Assembly (NCBI RefSeq): GCF_001194135.2
Contig: NC_068985.1
Location: 32,983,850-33,047,849, forward strand
DNA length: 64,000 nt
Reading direction: 5' to 3'
Origin: Octopus bimaculoides
Lineage: Eukaryota
The notes under the pieces were generated by a model, which saw only the letters and a list, made by a program, of their open reading frames with translations, did no database searches and was not told the origin of the DNA. Shown in pieces: positions 1 through 15,507 of this stretch. The position numbers and the translations under genes were made by a program. Position 1 is the stretch's first letter; each line of letters begins with the position of its first letter.

Positions 1-175
1 ATTTGTATGTACACAGTACATTAAACATATTTTTTTTATTCAGTATTGAGTTTAAGAATAATGAACTAGTATTGACTAAATTCACTGATTCTCTGCTTAT
101 CTTGGTAATATTTTCTACAAAGTTCAACAGTTTGTCACTATAGATTTTTCTACTATACAATTGTCAATAGTGCTC

Positions 176-206
<31 letters not shown>

Positions 207-366
207 AAAAAATAAGCTTTATAAAACAGTCTGTTGAGATTAAAGAAACTCACAAAAATGACTTGCAGGAACTAATTACAGATTTGCAATCTTTATAGAT
301 GACTTGTCTATATTTATAACAATCAGAGAATTACAGCATTGCTTACATATCTGAAAGGGGAACAAA

Positions 367-404
<38 letters not shown>

Positions 405-2934
405 TGTGTGTGTGTTTCTTAGAAACTTAGTTGTAGTTTGCAAAGCTGTTCTAGAATGTACATTTTGAATCTATTTTGTTAACCTCAGCTAGAGCCCTAA
501 TGTTTATGAGGAAAGCATGAATGCCACAACTTCAGATTTCCTCTTTCAGATCTTTCTTTATCCAAATTTCTATAAGAAATTAATACTTTTGGTGGTTCCA
601 CTTTCTTTCTTTTTTTAAGTGTTTAAAACAACTGTGCTAACAAACATATAATCAACAAAGGAAATACATAGGTTAAAACCTTCCACATAACTATATATGG
701 TTGTGTAGGCACAGCTATGACTGGAAAAGAAATTTGCTTGTTTGCTTCTCTATCACATAATTCTATATTTAGTCCCATGACACAGGCCAACCAACGTCTT
801 GTGAATCTGTATGTCTTTCCTTGTCTTGACCTCACACACTTATTATAAACAAACTTGACCATCATACAAGCAGTAATATTTGTCTGCAGGCTTCTGTGAA
901 AGCATATCTGGGCTACTGGAAAATATTACCTAGCTTGGAAACAAGTGGGGTTAGTGATAGGAAGAGTGTCCTCTGGCCATAAAATAAGTCTCTTTAATGA
1001 ATCTAATCTGACCCATAATATCCTGGAAAAGTAGATATTAAAACAATAATGATGACAATGATCAGCAATAAAAGCATTTCATGATAGCTGATGATAGGAT
1101 TTCTCTTTTTTTTTTACATGCAATACTATTTTTTTCTTTTACTTTCTCAGTATTGTGTGTTTTCCTTCACACTGTTCTAAGTAAATTCTTATTATTGCCT
1201 CAAGTTTTCCTTATGAATTCTTGTCTCTATTAATGATCTTTGTTATTTTTAACTATACAATCCTATGCAGATGATGCAACCATTCACTCACTCTTAATAT
1301 TCATACTAGCTTCTTCCACATGCAACCTAAGCACTTCATACCAGACTTGAACTGCTTCAGTTAATAGAGAAATTGAAAACATCCTGTATTAGAAACTTGG
1401 TTACCAAGTCTCTTTTAGTAGCACACTAAGGCAGTCACTACATGCATTTAAAAAAAATGGTTTTGTACTTCTACCTTCTGAATAATATAATACTCAAACC
1501 TGTGCCTATGACTTTACAAGTTGAATATTAAATATATTTACTTTGTCTGAGAGGGCTTACAAAGGTATCTGGTATCACTCTTAAATCATTGAATTAACAA
1601 TAATGAAAATGTATCTATTTATACTTATTTCTAGTAATATTAAGTGGCTGAAAGGCACTTCTCCATTTGGATAGGATACAGTCTATTACAATTAATTTTT
1701 CTTACATCCTAGATGTTGGAACCTATCAAGTCATTAGTTAAGATGATTATACAACCCTACAGTATATATATAGTCATTGAGCCATCTTAATGTATTGACA
1801 AGGCAACTACCAACTTCTGGTTTCCTATCTACACAAATATCTGTATTACTGGTAAATTTCTTGAACCAACGTTATTAACATAACTTAGCTAATCAAATAG
1901 ATTTGTGTTTACAACAATTGAAATTTCAAATCTTTTGAAATATTTTTAATTAATCTTATGAATTTATTATGTAAAAATAGTATGATTGCAGGACTTCTGC
2001 TGAAAATGTTAAACATGTATTTCACTTAAAGGTTAAATTTTGTGAAGAGTGACTTGTTAATCAAGAAATATGTTTCTTTATTGCTTTTAGTCAGGTAGTG
2101 TGTTCTTTCAACCTACAGAAGCGTAGAGACTAGTGGCATATCATGGGTAGACTGTTCCAAACGAAGGAAATTGGAACATTGTTTTATAAAGTAAATGCTA
2201 CATGTGTAAATGACATTATAGTATGTTTATAGATAGTGCAAAAATATGTGAAATAGAAAAGACATGGTGAAGCAGTGTATGAGTAGGGCATTCTGAATAT
2301 ATGCACCTGCTGGAGACTGGTTTAATTGGAGTAGAATCAATTTTATTACCATTGACTTTTAGGTAGATTTATAACTCTCTTCAACCGATATTTAGATCAT
2401 TCATGTAGTTACAATTTTAAACTGCAATTACTTGTCTGACTGACTATCAGTTCTTCTCTTAATTCATTGTTGAGTGGTTAGAGGTGAAAGGCATGCATGT
2501 GGAAAAAAATCTTTTCTTTAGATTAATTACATCAAGTATACTACAAATTACAGCTATGAGAAATGTTTCATTAAGCTAACTTATTTATTTAATTTATTTT
2601 GATTTACAGTTACTGAAAAACAGCACCATTGGTTAGAGATTTTCATCTGGCCAATCACTGGTTCACCTTTTTTTCCAACCTGTTCTTGTTTTGGCTTTTA
2701 TACTTTTCTGAGCACCTACCTGTATTGCTAACTGGGTCAGTTAGGTAACTGAAACTATCAACTATTTCTAGAGAGCCATCCAAGTATCTGAGATAATTTA
2801 TTCATCAATGCTTATTGGTTAATAGGGTAGGTAGACCTTTCATCATGTTGCAATGAGTTAATTAGTTGAAGTGGGGGTAATAGTTCATTTGCTAGATATA
2901 AAATAAAAATTGGAAATTATTTTTTATCTTTTAT

Positions 2935-3307
2935 CTTTTGCTTGTTCAAGTCCTTGAAGAATTTTAGTAAAAAGGAATCAGCCTCAGTACTTATGTTTTT
3001 AAACCTGGTACTTATTCTATCTGTCTTTTGCTGAATCATTTAGGGGACATAAATACATCAACACCAGTTGTCAAGCAGTGTGTGTGGCAGGGACAAATAC
3101 AGACATGAATACATACATACATGCGTTCTTCTTTCAGTTTCTGTCTGCTAAATCCACAAGGTTTTGGTTTTTGGTCAGCCTGAAGTTATAGTAGAAAATA
3201 CTTGCCCGTAGTGGCATGCAGTGGAAGTGAATCTGGAACTATGTGGTTTGGAAGCAAACTTCTTACCACACAGCCATGCCTGTGCCTATATCCACACAGC
3301 CACGCCT
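2935..3307 (-). mobile_element. SINE family A copy
   Basis: Reverse complement of the 28581-29275 family (aagcaaacttcttaccacacagccatgcc). There is a small duplication of the head at about 3290-3307. Confidence 0.8.
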
Positions 3308-5677
3308 ATTTACATGTTGAATTAAGTTCAAATTTTCAGTAGAATTTCTCTGTTTTAAACAACTTGGTAAATGGGTTTACATATGTTATATGTTTCTATA
3401 AAAATTAAAACCTGTATTGTGTGATATATCTAATAATGTAAATAGATAAAATAGCTACATTTTGACTTAATGTTTTATGTTTCCTTTTAATTTTGTTCCT
3501 CTTACACACTGTCTCCACTGTATGTTAGAGCTTGCCTCATTTTATCAAGCATTGACTGAGGCAACCCATTCTATGGATAGAGTGGATACGCATGAGCATA
3601 TATGTTTACAGATTAAGAGCATATAGTAAGTGTTAAGTTCAGCACTTCATATGCTTATAGAATTGTACAGTAACCCTGATGATGGTAAAGACATGGTAAC
3701 TATTAGATGGACTTTATTGATCATTAATGGCAAAACCCTTCCACTTGGGTTATTTTTTTATGTTAAAAAAGACCACAGTTATAAAACTCTTGCAATCCAT
3801 GCAAATATTGGAATTTTCAAACTGTACAATATATGATAACAAGGAAAATGAATGTCAATGTAACTAAAAAGAATATTGGAAAGAAATTAATCATTACTAT
3901 CAACTCAGTATTGTTCACTGTTAGTTAAAGTTTTCTTTTTTTTTTTTTTTATTTAACTTTGACAAAGATAATTTGCTATAGAAGGTAAACGGTCTTTTTC
4001 TAAGTGCTGAAAATTAGGATGTGTGTTCCGTGAAATTGATTTGTAGACTTTAATTCTCAGTTGTAGCTTGTTTACTTACCTCGTATGGAAAGATGTGAGG
4101 ATACACTATTTTATCACCACGCCTCAAAATTCTACAGGTTGATTACTCACTGGTGTATACATTTGAACTTTATAGTTTAAGCTATCAAATGAACATTTCC
4201 TACATATATTTCATTAATGAATTTTTTTTTTTGTTATTAAGGTTAGGTTGTTGTTTTTTCTCTTGCAGAAAGCCAACAAACACTTTGTGTTACAGTTAAA
4301 TGTTTTCCATAGAAAAATATTAATTTACTACATCTGAAAAAGAAAAACTATTAATGGCCTTCTATTTCATAATATGTATATCCTGAAAGCAAATGACCAA
4401 GTGCCTCTTGTATTGTTTAAAGATGAGAAGTTTCATTCAGTGTAAAATTTTTAGATTGTTAATTGAAATATAAATAGATTGTATGAAATTTACATTGGTG
4501 CAATATTCCAAAGCAAGTAAATTTGGATTGTTAAACTAAAGCATTGGTAACTTCTAGAAAGAAATGGTTTGCTTAGCAGTACTTTTGTAATTAGCAGATA
4601 ATAGACATTTTAATTTTTTATTTCAGAAATGCGCATAATTTTAGATTATCAAATTATCTTTTTTCATTTTAACATCCACTTTTTCATGCTGGCCAAGGGC
4701 TGAATGGGTTGTTCTCTGGCTCTCTAGAAGTTATCTGTAAAACTAACGAGTTCTCTGTACTCCATATCAGTTCTTATTTGGAATTACTGCCCTTCAAGAA
4801 GAGTAACTTATAAGACAGCTTTTTTTTTTTCTTATTGAATGCCATCATCAACCATTTTACAGAGTGCAGTGGATACCATTTATAATATCACCAGCATTAG
4901 AGAAGTTTTCCTATGAGAAGGGTTAAAGAGTCACTGCTTCTCAGTGGCAGTTCCTATTCAGTGCTACTACTCTCCTTGAAAGGAAGATATGTGGGTAGAG
5001 ATAGACAGAGGTCACAACTAACCTTCTGCAGGGGAGGAAATAACAGTTGTAGTTTAAGGTTGACTTCATCATGTGCTGGCTCAGATTGCATTTCCAACAG
5101 CTAAAGAACATCTTTGCTGTGGCTGGAAGGTCATTCAGTTATGATGCAGGCAGGGGTTTAACTACTGTGGGGCTGAAAATGACAGGAGTAGCTTCAATAT
5201 GGCAAAGAGACTATATATGCAGGGAATGATTTAGCTATCAGGAGGTTGAAAGTAGCACTAGCATATTTACTCTGGCTGAGAGGCCTTGCTTCTTTGAGTG
5301 GTTTAAATATCAGTGGTTAACTGAGGGTGACAGTATATGACCATTGAGCATAAAGGTTGCTACCATTGTATATGTAGGTAGAAGGATTTTCATAAAGGCA
5401 GTCTGAAAATGAGACCTATTCCATGATACTACAACATAGTTTAGCAGTCAAGGGAGTGTACACTGATAAGCTTTATGGAGATTGATGGGGGAAGTGGGTG
5501 TTCTACTGGGAAAGAAAGTAAGCATTCCATATCAGACACAGAACATTTGAACTAAAAATATTTGACAATGGGATTAACACAAATGACATCACATGTCCAA
5601 ATACCCAGTCACCAATAAATGCCTTAAATGATATAAACCTCTAATAGAGAGGTTACAGTATATCTTTTCTTTTATGT

Positions 5678-6025
5678 GTTTCAGTCATTAGACTGCAGTC
5701 ATGCTGGGGCACCACCTTGAAGAATCTTTAATTGAATGAATCGACTCCAGTAGTTTTTTTTTTTTTAAGCCTGGTACTTATTCTATCAGTCTCTTGTGCC
5801 AAACCACCAAATTACGTAAACACACCAACACTGATCAACAAGTGGTGGTGACAGACACGCATACACATATGACTGGCTTTTTTCAGTTTCCATTTACCAA
5901 ATCCACTCATAAAGCTTTGGTCAGCCCAAGGCTATAGTAAAAGGCACTTGCCCTAGGTGACATGCAGTGGACTGATCCCTGAACTATATGGTTGGGAAGC
6001 AAGCTTTTTACCACACAGCCACACC
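5678..6025 (-). mobile_element. SINE family A copy
   Basis: gtttcagtcattagactgcagtcatgctggggcacc...ggttgggaagcaagctttttaccacacagcc. Confidence 0.8.
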
Positions 6026-6038
6026 TATATATATATAT

Positions 6039-6130
6039 CTGGTGTTGCCATCCGGTTTCACCAGTCCTCAGTCAAATCGTCCAACCCATGCTAGCATGGA
6101 AAGCGGACGTTAAACGATGATGATGATGAT
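6039..6130 (+). mobile_element. Very short 5'-truncated copy of the same RTE 3' end, inserted in a (TA)n tract
   Basis: Matches the last 90 bp or so of the 56571-56803 copy, has a (GAT)n tail and is flanked by ATATAT on both sides. Confidence 0.88.
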
Positions 6131-7231
6131 ATATATCATGTATAATGATATCACTTTTTGATATTTATTTCCATTTATTTAAAATAACTAATCAGTGACC
6201 ATATTAAGAGAACAATACATTTGTTGTGTTATGTTAAGTCAGCTCCAATTCTAGCCATGTCCATCCCATCTTTTCAGATGTATATTTAGTACATTATCCA
6301 TATTTGGTTTCTAATTCTAGCAAGACATGTAGATGCTGTGGATTTTTTTTTAATCATCTATGCATAGAAAGATTTAGAAATAATAATCATTGCTGTTTGG
6401 CTTATTTCAGAATTTGGTTTCAGCTGGAAATCTTGTATGAGGTAAGAAATACTCAGAAAACAACATAGTTGATTATATTCCTTGATCATGTAACCTGGCA
6501 GCTTTATAAAAATTATTACTGGTTGAGCTCATATTTTTTCGTCTTGATATTGAACACATCTGAAAGACAGCCTTCACCAAACTGTTCACTCACACCATCT
6601 TTTGTTTCATTTGTACCACCTTGTGTCTTCAAATCTAAATACTTTGTCTTTGTACCATTGTATGCCTGACAACAATTTACTACAATGTTTTTTTTTTATC
6701 TACTTGTCTCAGAAATGTAGGGTTATGCTTATAACTTATGTGAAGATTACCTTTCACCATGGTGCACCAACTTATTCTGATGGTTGTGTTTTGCAAATCA
6801 TCACTAATTTCCTGGGACACTAATTTTGTTTTTCCTCATCAGATAATTCTTGAGTTAATACTGTGTTAATTCCTAATAGTCAAATTTAGGATCATCATGG
6901 ACTTAAACAAGAAACTGGAAATCTTTTTTTTTACTTACTTGAGTACAAAATTCTAAAACAAACTAAAAAGATTTCTCTGTATGCACTAAAATTCAACTTT
7001 GAGATTAAATCTAAACCGTCTTCTATGTAACTTTATATTTCTTCTCAAGTTCTGTTGAGTATTTCTGTTGTTTTGTAGCTTAACATTAATAGCTGTGCAC
7101 AGGTTTTCATATAGGCAGCTGTGACCAAATTTCCATTTCCTAATATAGTTTGTCTACGGAATTGCAACTGCTGTTCTCTCAGTGGTTATTCTGCACACAT
7201 ATCATTGATCAGATCATATTAGCTGTATGAT

Positions 7232-7470
7232 TTAGAATTTGGTTTCATCTAATTGAATTCCCATGAAGTTATCATTTAATTCAGTTAAGACTATTTTGTT
7301 TATTGACACAACCAAGTAATCTCTACCATTTGGCTGATTTGTCAAACAACTTGGCTCCCCTGTTGAACTTGTATTGATTGGACTCTTGTAGAACAGTTTG
7401 TTGATATTTTCTATATGGTAACACACCATTTCCATTGCTCTCTTCACATCACTAATTCTTTCTTTACATC
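7232..7470 (-). mobile_element. Probable decayed hAT (Charlie/Buster-like) transposase fragment
   Basis: The open frame ends ...LTELNDNFMGIQLDET, resembling the F..QLDE.TD motif around the first catalytic Asp of hAT transposases. An adjacent frame gives QISQMVEI (RRI..M.EDI-like). This is motif recognition only. Confidence 0.45.
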
Positions 7471-9747
7471 CTGACGGTTTGTAAAACAGCAAACACAGAA
7501 TAAACACAATTCAGCACCAGTATCTTTTTGCTCATTGGTTTCAGAATGATTTTCTTTTCACTCTGACTGGTTACACTTGATAATGTATTTTATACTATGA
7601 GAAGGATATGCCCCCCCCCCCACACACACAAACATGTGTGTATGTATGACTCACTGTTTACACATTTGTATGATTTGATGTTTCTATAGAATTTAAAGTC
7701 TAAATTTGTATATTTCCTTCAACTTCAGTGCTCTTACATGTCAGTGCTTGACCTCAGCAGGGTTTCTTAAATTATTTCTTGTTTGTTGAAATGATTTATT
7801 TTAAGTAATTTTGTTTTTTAAATTTGTTTTAGTGTAATGTTGTTTTTTCTCTTAGTGGTTTTGTAACATGAAATATTGACATAATTGTGTTTGTTTGTTG
7901 TTTAAAGTTAGGATATCAAGTCTTCTTCTTTTTTTTTTTAAATTCTATTTCCTAGAAAATATAAATTTTGAGGTTGGAAATGCTAAATTTGAAGCAGTGA
8001 AACTAGTGATCAAACTTTCTGCTGATGACTTGCTTTTTTTATTCTGCCTTTGAATCTTTATCTTCCATCTCATTCTTTATAATGAAACAAGTAAAGTGGT
8101 ATTTTTTTTTATGTAAAAAACGCTCAGATCTCACACCCACCTACAATATCATTCTAAAAATATACAATCATATCATTGAAATCTCAAAGCTGTGTGGTAA
8201 TGTATGATTGAATTCAAAGCAGTGTGAATGACTAAGCATCACATTTAACAGTAAACTGAATTCTAAAGGGTTAAGTTTACATTGAATTTATTTTGGATAA
8301 AACTCTGCAGTTTCAGGCCAATAACAAACCATCTATAAGGCACTCTACCTGTTTCAAATGGCAGTCAAATCTCTCTCAAAACCACATGATACTGCTTAAA
8401 AAAGGACACAATGGATAATGTGTTAAAAAAAAAAAGGATGCAATGGATACACTATTTTGGGAGGAAAAACATCTACGACACTAGATATCACAACAAATAT
8501 GTTGTACATATATTTTTTTTAGTCTAGATAACTGGTATATAATTAGCTCTCCATATATGGCCCAATCCATGCCAACATAAAAAGTGGACATTAAATGATG
8601 ATAATAAGGAACAGATAGCTTCTATGTATCCAAAGCTTCTTTATTCAATGCCTTTACCCTCAGATTTTGTGCTAAGATAAAGTGAATCAAGTAATATGTG
8701 GTTACTTTATTTGAATGTAATATATTAATTGCATTAATATTATTTTTGTATCAGAACTGCTGATCATTGATTAATTAGAGCTAATAAGGCAAATCTGATG
8801 TTATTTTTGAAAGCAGTGCTCTGAATAAATCTAATAAGTCTGACTTTTGAGGCATCAAAGTGTAAAGTGCAACTGGAATCTCTAATTACAGGGCACAAGT
8901 AGATACATAAGCATTTAAAGGAGTATACTGTATCTACATAACTACAGCTGACAGAGCAAAACTGATAGTATATTTTGAATTAGTACCATAAATATGCCCA
9001 AGAATGATACCAGATATTTTTTAAAAATTGGACAATGTTATAAATATCTAGCTAGTTCAAATTTAGACAAATTATCTAGTGTTGATGTCATGGTAAAAGT
9101 ACCCATCCTGCTTTATTATTTTTTATGAGAATAGGAAGTGCATAAAATTATTGAGAAAAAAGAAAAAACTTAGGTTACAACCAGTATATAGAATTAAGAT
9201 GTTTAGGAGATTGCTGTATTTGTCTGTCCAACTCATGCTAATAAAAAAAAAAAAACATAAAACCAATGATGATGATTAACATGCATTTGATATGAAATCT
9301 GGGTATGATTGGAGATTTGGATTTTTACCATTCTTTGTAGTTGGATCTATATTTATGATTATCGACCAAAAGCTGGCAATGAATGCTATTTCACTTTCAC
9401 TAACAAAACTATTGAGAATCTAATATCATATTAGATAATTGAAGATATTGATTGAAAAAGATTTTTACAATACTTAAAAACAAAATACCAAAATACCTTA
9501 TGATCACTCTTCCATCCACTTACCTTCCTTTAGATATCAGAATCTTATTGTTTTCATAGAAACCAGGACTAAATTCCAAAGCTTGATGAACAATTCATGT
9601 CACACACACTGGCATATACGCACATACATTCTGACACCACCACCCACACACACACACTGACACATAAAAGTTCTTAGAAATTGAACTGAGGTTTATTGTT
9701 TAAATATTTATAATGCTAGCTATACAAGATTTTTATATATATTTAAA

Positions 9748-9817
<70 letters not shown>

Positions 9818-12800
9818 TTTTTCTCTCTCAATTTTAGTGACAATAGAATTATGCATATAATATTGCCTATATATTTCTGCTTGCAATCTGAAGCATCGGA
9901 AGTAATCATTCAAATGAAAATATATTAAAGTGTAGTATGTCTTTCACAATCCTGCTTGACATTAGTTTACATTTGGATTTTTTTTTAAATCAAAAACAAA
10001 CTAATACTTGCCATTTATAAATAACAGATGTTTTATCTAATAATTTGCTTTTATTACAAAAATTCTTTCTTAGCCTTTGCTAGTAACATATGCACAACTT
10101 GACAAGAGGTGTCACTGCCAATTACTTATCCTTGATATTGTAAATGTCTGTTGTTTAACCACAGATCAGTCCTGGTTTTGAAGTATTCCATCTGATATTC
10201 TCCTGGATGTTTGTATATGTAGGACTACATTGTTTAAGGCATTCTTCCATTTTAAGAAAGTAAGATGTTATTTGCAATAAAACTCCAGAAACTTCTGCAG
10301 CCACTTCTATACCTGTTCCCTTTTCCATGATGGCTTCTCATGGTGGAGATGAATGGACACCTAAAATATTATAAAACCTTGAGAACTAAGAAAGGTTTGG
10401 AAAAAACTTACACCTTTTTGTCAAATATGTTCTGAGTAAATCCAATGACATAATCTTCAACAACATAGAAGTGTTAACAAAGCTTTTTTTTTAAATGCTG
10501 ATTACAAAATTTATCTTGCTGCTCTTGTCTATCTGTACCTACTTGCATGATTATTTGATCAGTTTGACCAAAACTAGTAGATCATACTTTATTTCCTACC
10601 TCTTGTTAGCAAGAAAGTTTGATCATCAGCTTAAGATTTACTGGTGGTTGGAGATAACCTACAATACAACACAATCTTCTTGTTACTGTTAGTCTTATAT
10701 GTCTCCTTTCCTCTATATTAAAATATTACTGTTCATGCCTACTTATGTACATCCATACATGTGTTGATACACAAATTATTGTCTAAATTCCAATGAAAAA
10801 GACTTTGTTTTTTGGTTAGAAACTGGCTTTTTTTTCTATTACTAAGAAATTTACAAAATAAAACTAGAAGAATGTATGTACATAAACACATACATGTATA
10901 CATCTATCCATGTATCTATTTATCTCTCTATCTTTTAATCTATCTCTATAATCTGCTAATTCTTTTGCTGTCTGCAAGTCCATATATATTGGATGTATTT
11001 CTTTTCTTTTTGTTTTCCCTTCTGTTTCTTTTTCTTATTAACATAAATGAGTTAAACATTATTTTTTTTCCCTGTGTATTTCTGTAAATATTGAGACCAA
11101 ATTAAAGAAAAAGAAAGTTACAATTTCAGGAATATTTTATTTAATTTTTCTCTTCAGACATTAATTATTGTTCTCAATATTTTAACAATTATTTTCTCAA
11201 AAGTCTAAAAAAAAATCAGTAGTGCAAATTGAATCAAATGTTCTTTGAACTTCTCACTAAAACACCTAATCAAATAAAAATTAACTTCAATATATATATA
11301 TAAAAAAAAAAACATTGTATAAAAAGAAATGCCCATTCTATAGGAAGAAAGTCTTACTTTTTTCATTGAATTTTTTTTTTTGTTCTATTTTCTATATACT
11401 TCTCCATTGTACAGTATGTGACATTTGTTGTCAACATGTGATACATTATAGGCAATCTTTTGATTATATTGATATCAGATGTGATCTTGGCATAGGCATG
11501 AAACACTGTTATTGTGGTATCTCATACTAGGTAGATGACAAACATTGACTGTAATATCAGATGAGTGTGTTTAGAAGAGTAAATGTACACATGTGTAAAT
11601 ATGCACATACACACATTTTTATATACTTAAAAAGTAACTGAGATTTTTATGGGAACAAATATTAATCAGTATACTACATATGGAAACAGTAAAGGTTAAA
11701 AAAAATTTCTTTAAGCTTTTGCTATTTACTTATGTTTGTGTATGTTCAAACAGTTAGCAAAAAATTGCTATCCAATTTAATGTTGTTATTTTATATACTC
11801 TAAGGACTCTTTTCTGTGATATAGAAATGGTATGTACTATCGTGTTTTACAATCTAGGATAAATGAAAGTGAATATCTGAATTTCAGTTGATGTGTTAAA
11901 AAAGATTGACTGGGTATATGGGATAAATAAATGCTGGTTTATTTATTTATCATGTAATTTTATTAACCACACTTCTGGAACAAACATGAATTAATTTTAA
12001 CCAGTGATTGTTCTTGTTTATGCTTGTTTTTATAAAAAACCTGCTTAATCTATACGAAGTCTTGTAGTGCTTTTCTATATAAACCTCCTAATTCTGTTAG
12101 AAACTAGAGATTTTGAAGAAATGTAGTTAGTTCAGTATAAATTCTTAAAAATATAACTATTGCATAAATTGGGATGAAACGTGCAATTTACTTGCTGCCA
12201 AGTCATTTTAACCTACCAAGATTTACTGAATACAGCTAAGTTAATTACACAGGGATAGGGGTTTTGACCTATATTTACAAGATGTCAATTCCTAGGCACC
12301 AATTTTTTGTCTTGAAAGTGAATTTATTGCTCCAGTTAGTCTCTTTTTAAAAAAAGAATCCCAAGATACTCCTTTATCTCCTCCAGTCAAAAGTTTTTTA
12401 AGGTCTAACACAGTAGTGCTATTTACTCTTACTACAATAATTTACAGTACTCTTATTACAATAAACTCACCAGTATGCAGGGACTTCACATTTAAAAGTA
12501 TATCAGTGAAATTGTTTTTTTTTTTTGTCTTTTAATCTCTACCAAGTCACTAACAAAAGCATCAATGCAATATGAACTACATGATAACTCCATTCTTGCT
12601 CAAAATTAATAAATCCAAATGTCACTTAGATCACTGATGTTTATAGATGACTGAAATATCACTAATTATTTTATCCAAGTCCAAATTCTCTTTCTCTAAT
12701 GAAATTATTTATAAATAAATAATAATAAATAAATCATAAATAACATCATTGAATTCTAACTCACTGCTCAAGGTCCTAACCACCATTATGCTTGAAAGCT

Positions 12801-15355
12801 GAAGGGAGAAAAACTTCCAAAGAAATTTACATGATAAAACAAAAAATAAGCACACATAGAGCAAACAGGAAGTCTTTTGATAGGAAGTTCTTTCTAAAAA
12901 GAGCTAAACACAAAAGAGTGCTTAGTTCCAGTTTTCAACTCCATGTGGTTTCATGCAGTTCAAGATTTTGCAGCAAGTGTTAATGTCTGTAGTGTATAAT
13001 ATTAAGAGTCAGGTATCCTGTAAAACCAATGATGGTAATGTTGTATTTGATCTCAGTTACATATGCAGATTAACACTGCTCTGAAATGCCTAAAGAATTA
13101 AGTGAATCATAAAAAGTTTATAGGACATAAACTTGCTCACAAACAGCTTTTTTTGTAACCCTTTAAACTTTGATGACAAGGTAATTTATAACAACTAAAT
13201 GTGTAAAGTAAGTTTCAGGGCTAAAAGAATTTTGAACTGAAACTGTGGCCTTATTTTATAGTATGTTTTATCTTCAATGCATAATTGAACATGTTTTAAA
13301 CTCAGATTGAGCTCTCTTCTTTTATAATATCTCTTGTCATCAGAACTTCTTAGAGGTGATATTTTCCAAAATTTGTCAGACTAACTTCTTTACCTAGCCT
13401 CCCTAGGAAATGTCACCTTTGGTAAATTGTGTTATTTTGAGTTTGATACTGCACTCATTTTAGTTCAAATCTTATTGCAGGCAATTAATAAAATAAATAA
13501 TCTATTGAGATTAGTTTAATCAGTTTTTACCCACCATTCATAAAAAAATGACTCTTTATAGTAAAGGCATTTTGTGGTTTATTATTAATTAACACTGATA
13601 TTAGCAGCTTCTTAACAGTTCTACTATCTCTGAAAATTGTAATGTCAATATATTTTGGACTGGAATTATGTAATTAATACATTTTACAGGTCTTTAAATT
13701 GTATTAATTAGATGTATTTTGATATGTTTAAGGAGTGCTGCAAAACCAACAACCTCAAGCCACTCCTAATAGCTTTTGTCAATTTTTTTTTTCCTGAATT
13801 TAGACAAATTATCTAATTATTTGTTTTTCTTCTTGATACCAGCACAGTTTTTCATTTGTATAACTGAGAAAATTCACTGTTCAAGTTAAGTTACCATACA
13901 GTTATCCATTTTCCTTGCCAATCCAGGATAGTAATATTGACTTTCCTAATCTGTAAAATGAATGCCAAGCAGTCATATTCCAAGTTGTAGTAAAAAAATT
14001 TTTTCCCCAAAATTGAAAGTGAAGGGACAATACTTATAACTTTTGAAAGCCCTCCTAAATATGTAGGCTAGTGTTGAACTTGAACTTCTGTAGGCTGATA
14101 TATATGCATAGAAAAATCAAAGAGAGGAGAAAGGATTAAGCAAAGTGTTTAGTGTAGTGTTTATGGTTGGAACATAATAGAGAAAACAAGAGGAGGAGTG
14201 GCAGGTGCATTAGGTGAGATTGGTGGAGGTAGTTTACAACTTGTCAGTTAAGAAAAACAAACTGTTTTAATAACTACATGAGGTAATGAAGAAAAACGAT
14301 ACTTCTGTTAGGGTTTGTGGTAGGTAAGTGAGTCTTTGTAAATTGCTATTATCTATAATGTATTCTAAGATGCTTTTGTATGCTGTTGCAATATTCTGAG
14401 TAATCCCAAGTTTTGTACATCAACTACTGGTTAGAGAAGTATTTTCTGGTTCTGAAGGTGAAGATTGATTTTTGGAATGCAGTATTGGCAATATTATAGA
14501 TGGGGAAGTTTATAGTAACTGACTTGAATACCAGAAGACTCAAGGATTATGTAGTATGATGTTATGAGATGGTTTGCTTTGTTTAAACAGTGATCAGCTA
14601 ATCCAATGAGAACAGAGACTGTGAGCACAGGACAACGGATGGGTTCAGAGGTAGACTAACAGCTGCAAACAATTTAGGATGATACATGATTCATATTCTG
14701 TACCAATAGTGTTAGTAGGGAAAGAATCAGACAGCTAAGAGAAGTGTGTATCAAAGTTACTGAAGATGAAAATTTTAGTGAGAGGTGAATTAAAATGTCC
14801 TTAGTGATGGATGAAAAAAAGAGGTAATTATAAATCTTTGGTGCTGATATCCCAGTAAAGGGGAGGAGGGTAATTAGTAAAAGGAATGAATTCTATGTGG
14901 TCATTCATGCTCTTTTCAGAATGAAATTGGAATTTAGATTCTAGGCTGGACAGCTGACATAAGTTAGAAGTGGAAGATAACATCTTGTGTTGTATTTTGA
15001 ACAACTTGTCAGTGCTTGTTATTTCATTAGGATTTAAAATATTTCTCTACTATTTTGAGTTATACAGAAGAGTCAAACATTTCTGCTATTTGAGAAGTAC
15101 CAAACCTTTATGTCAATGTAATTAATAGATGTGGAAAAAGCAATACAGTAAAAATGTTCAACCTCTGCTACTGTGGCAAGTGGATGTAGGATAGTTGTGG
15201 ATCTGATAGTGCCAGAACATCTAGGTGTGGTAATGTGAATAAAAAATAATGAAAATTTGTAAAAATATCGATGACAATTACTAATGAATATATATTGTTT
15301 ACTATGCTTCCATACTGTTAGAAAATAAGTAAATAACTTCAAAGAAAATCTGAAA

Positions 15356-15403
<48 letters not shown>

Positions 15404-15454
15404 CACACGGTGGTGCATCAGCATGGCCGCAGCTCTAAGCTGAAACTATAAACA

Positions 15455-15507
<53 letters not shown>

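Noticed and set aside
4650-5620. GC-richer stretch of about 1 kb, and similar ones at about 14100-15000, 17200-18270, 46930-47200 and 61500-61820
   Set aside because: These are probably very old LINE or DNA-transposon remains, but all frames are riddled with stops and the motifs are too weak to name.
7232-7507. Apparent terminal exon of a minus-strand host gene (good acceptor at 7471)
   Set aside because: The QLDET motif points to a hAT relic, and no phase-consistent chain of upstream exons could be built with confidence.
9520-15215. Small minus-strand exon candidates (about 9522-9585, 10303-10350 and 15098-15215) and a Cys-rich plus-strand one (11415-11530)
   Set aside because: Splice-like signals are common in this AT-rich DNA, the peptides are unrecognisable, and the phases do not link up consistently.
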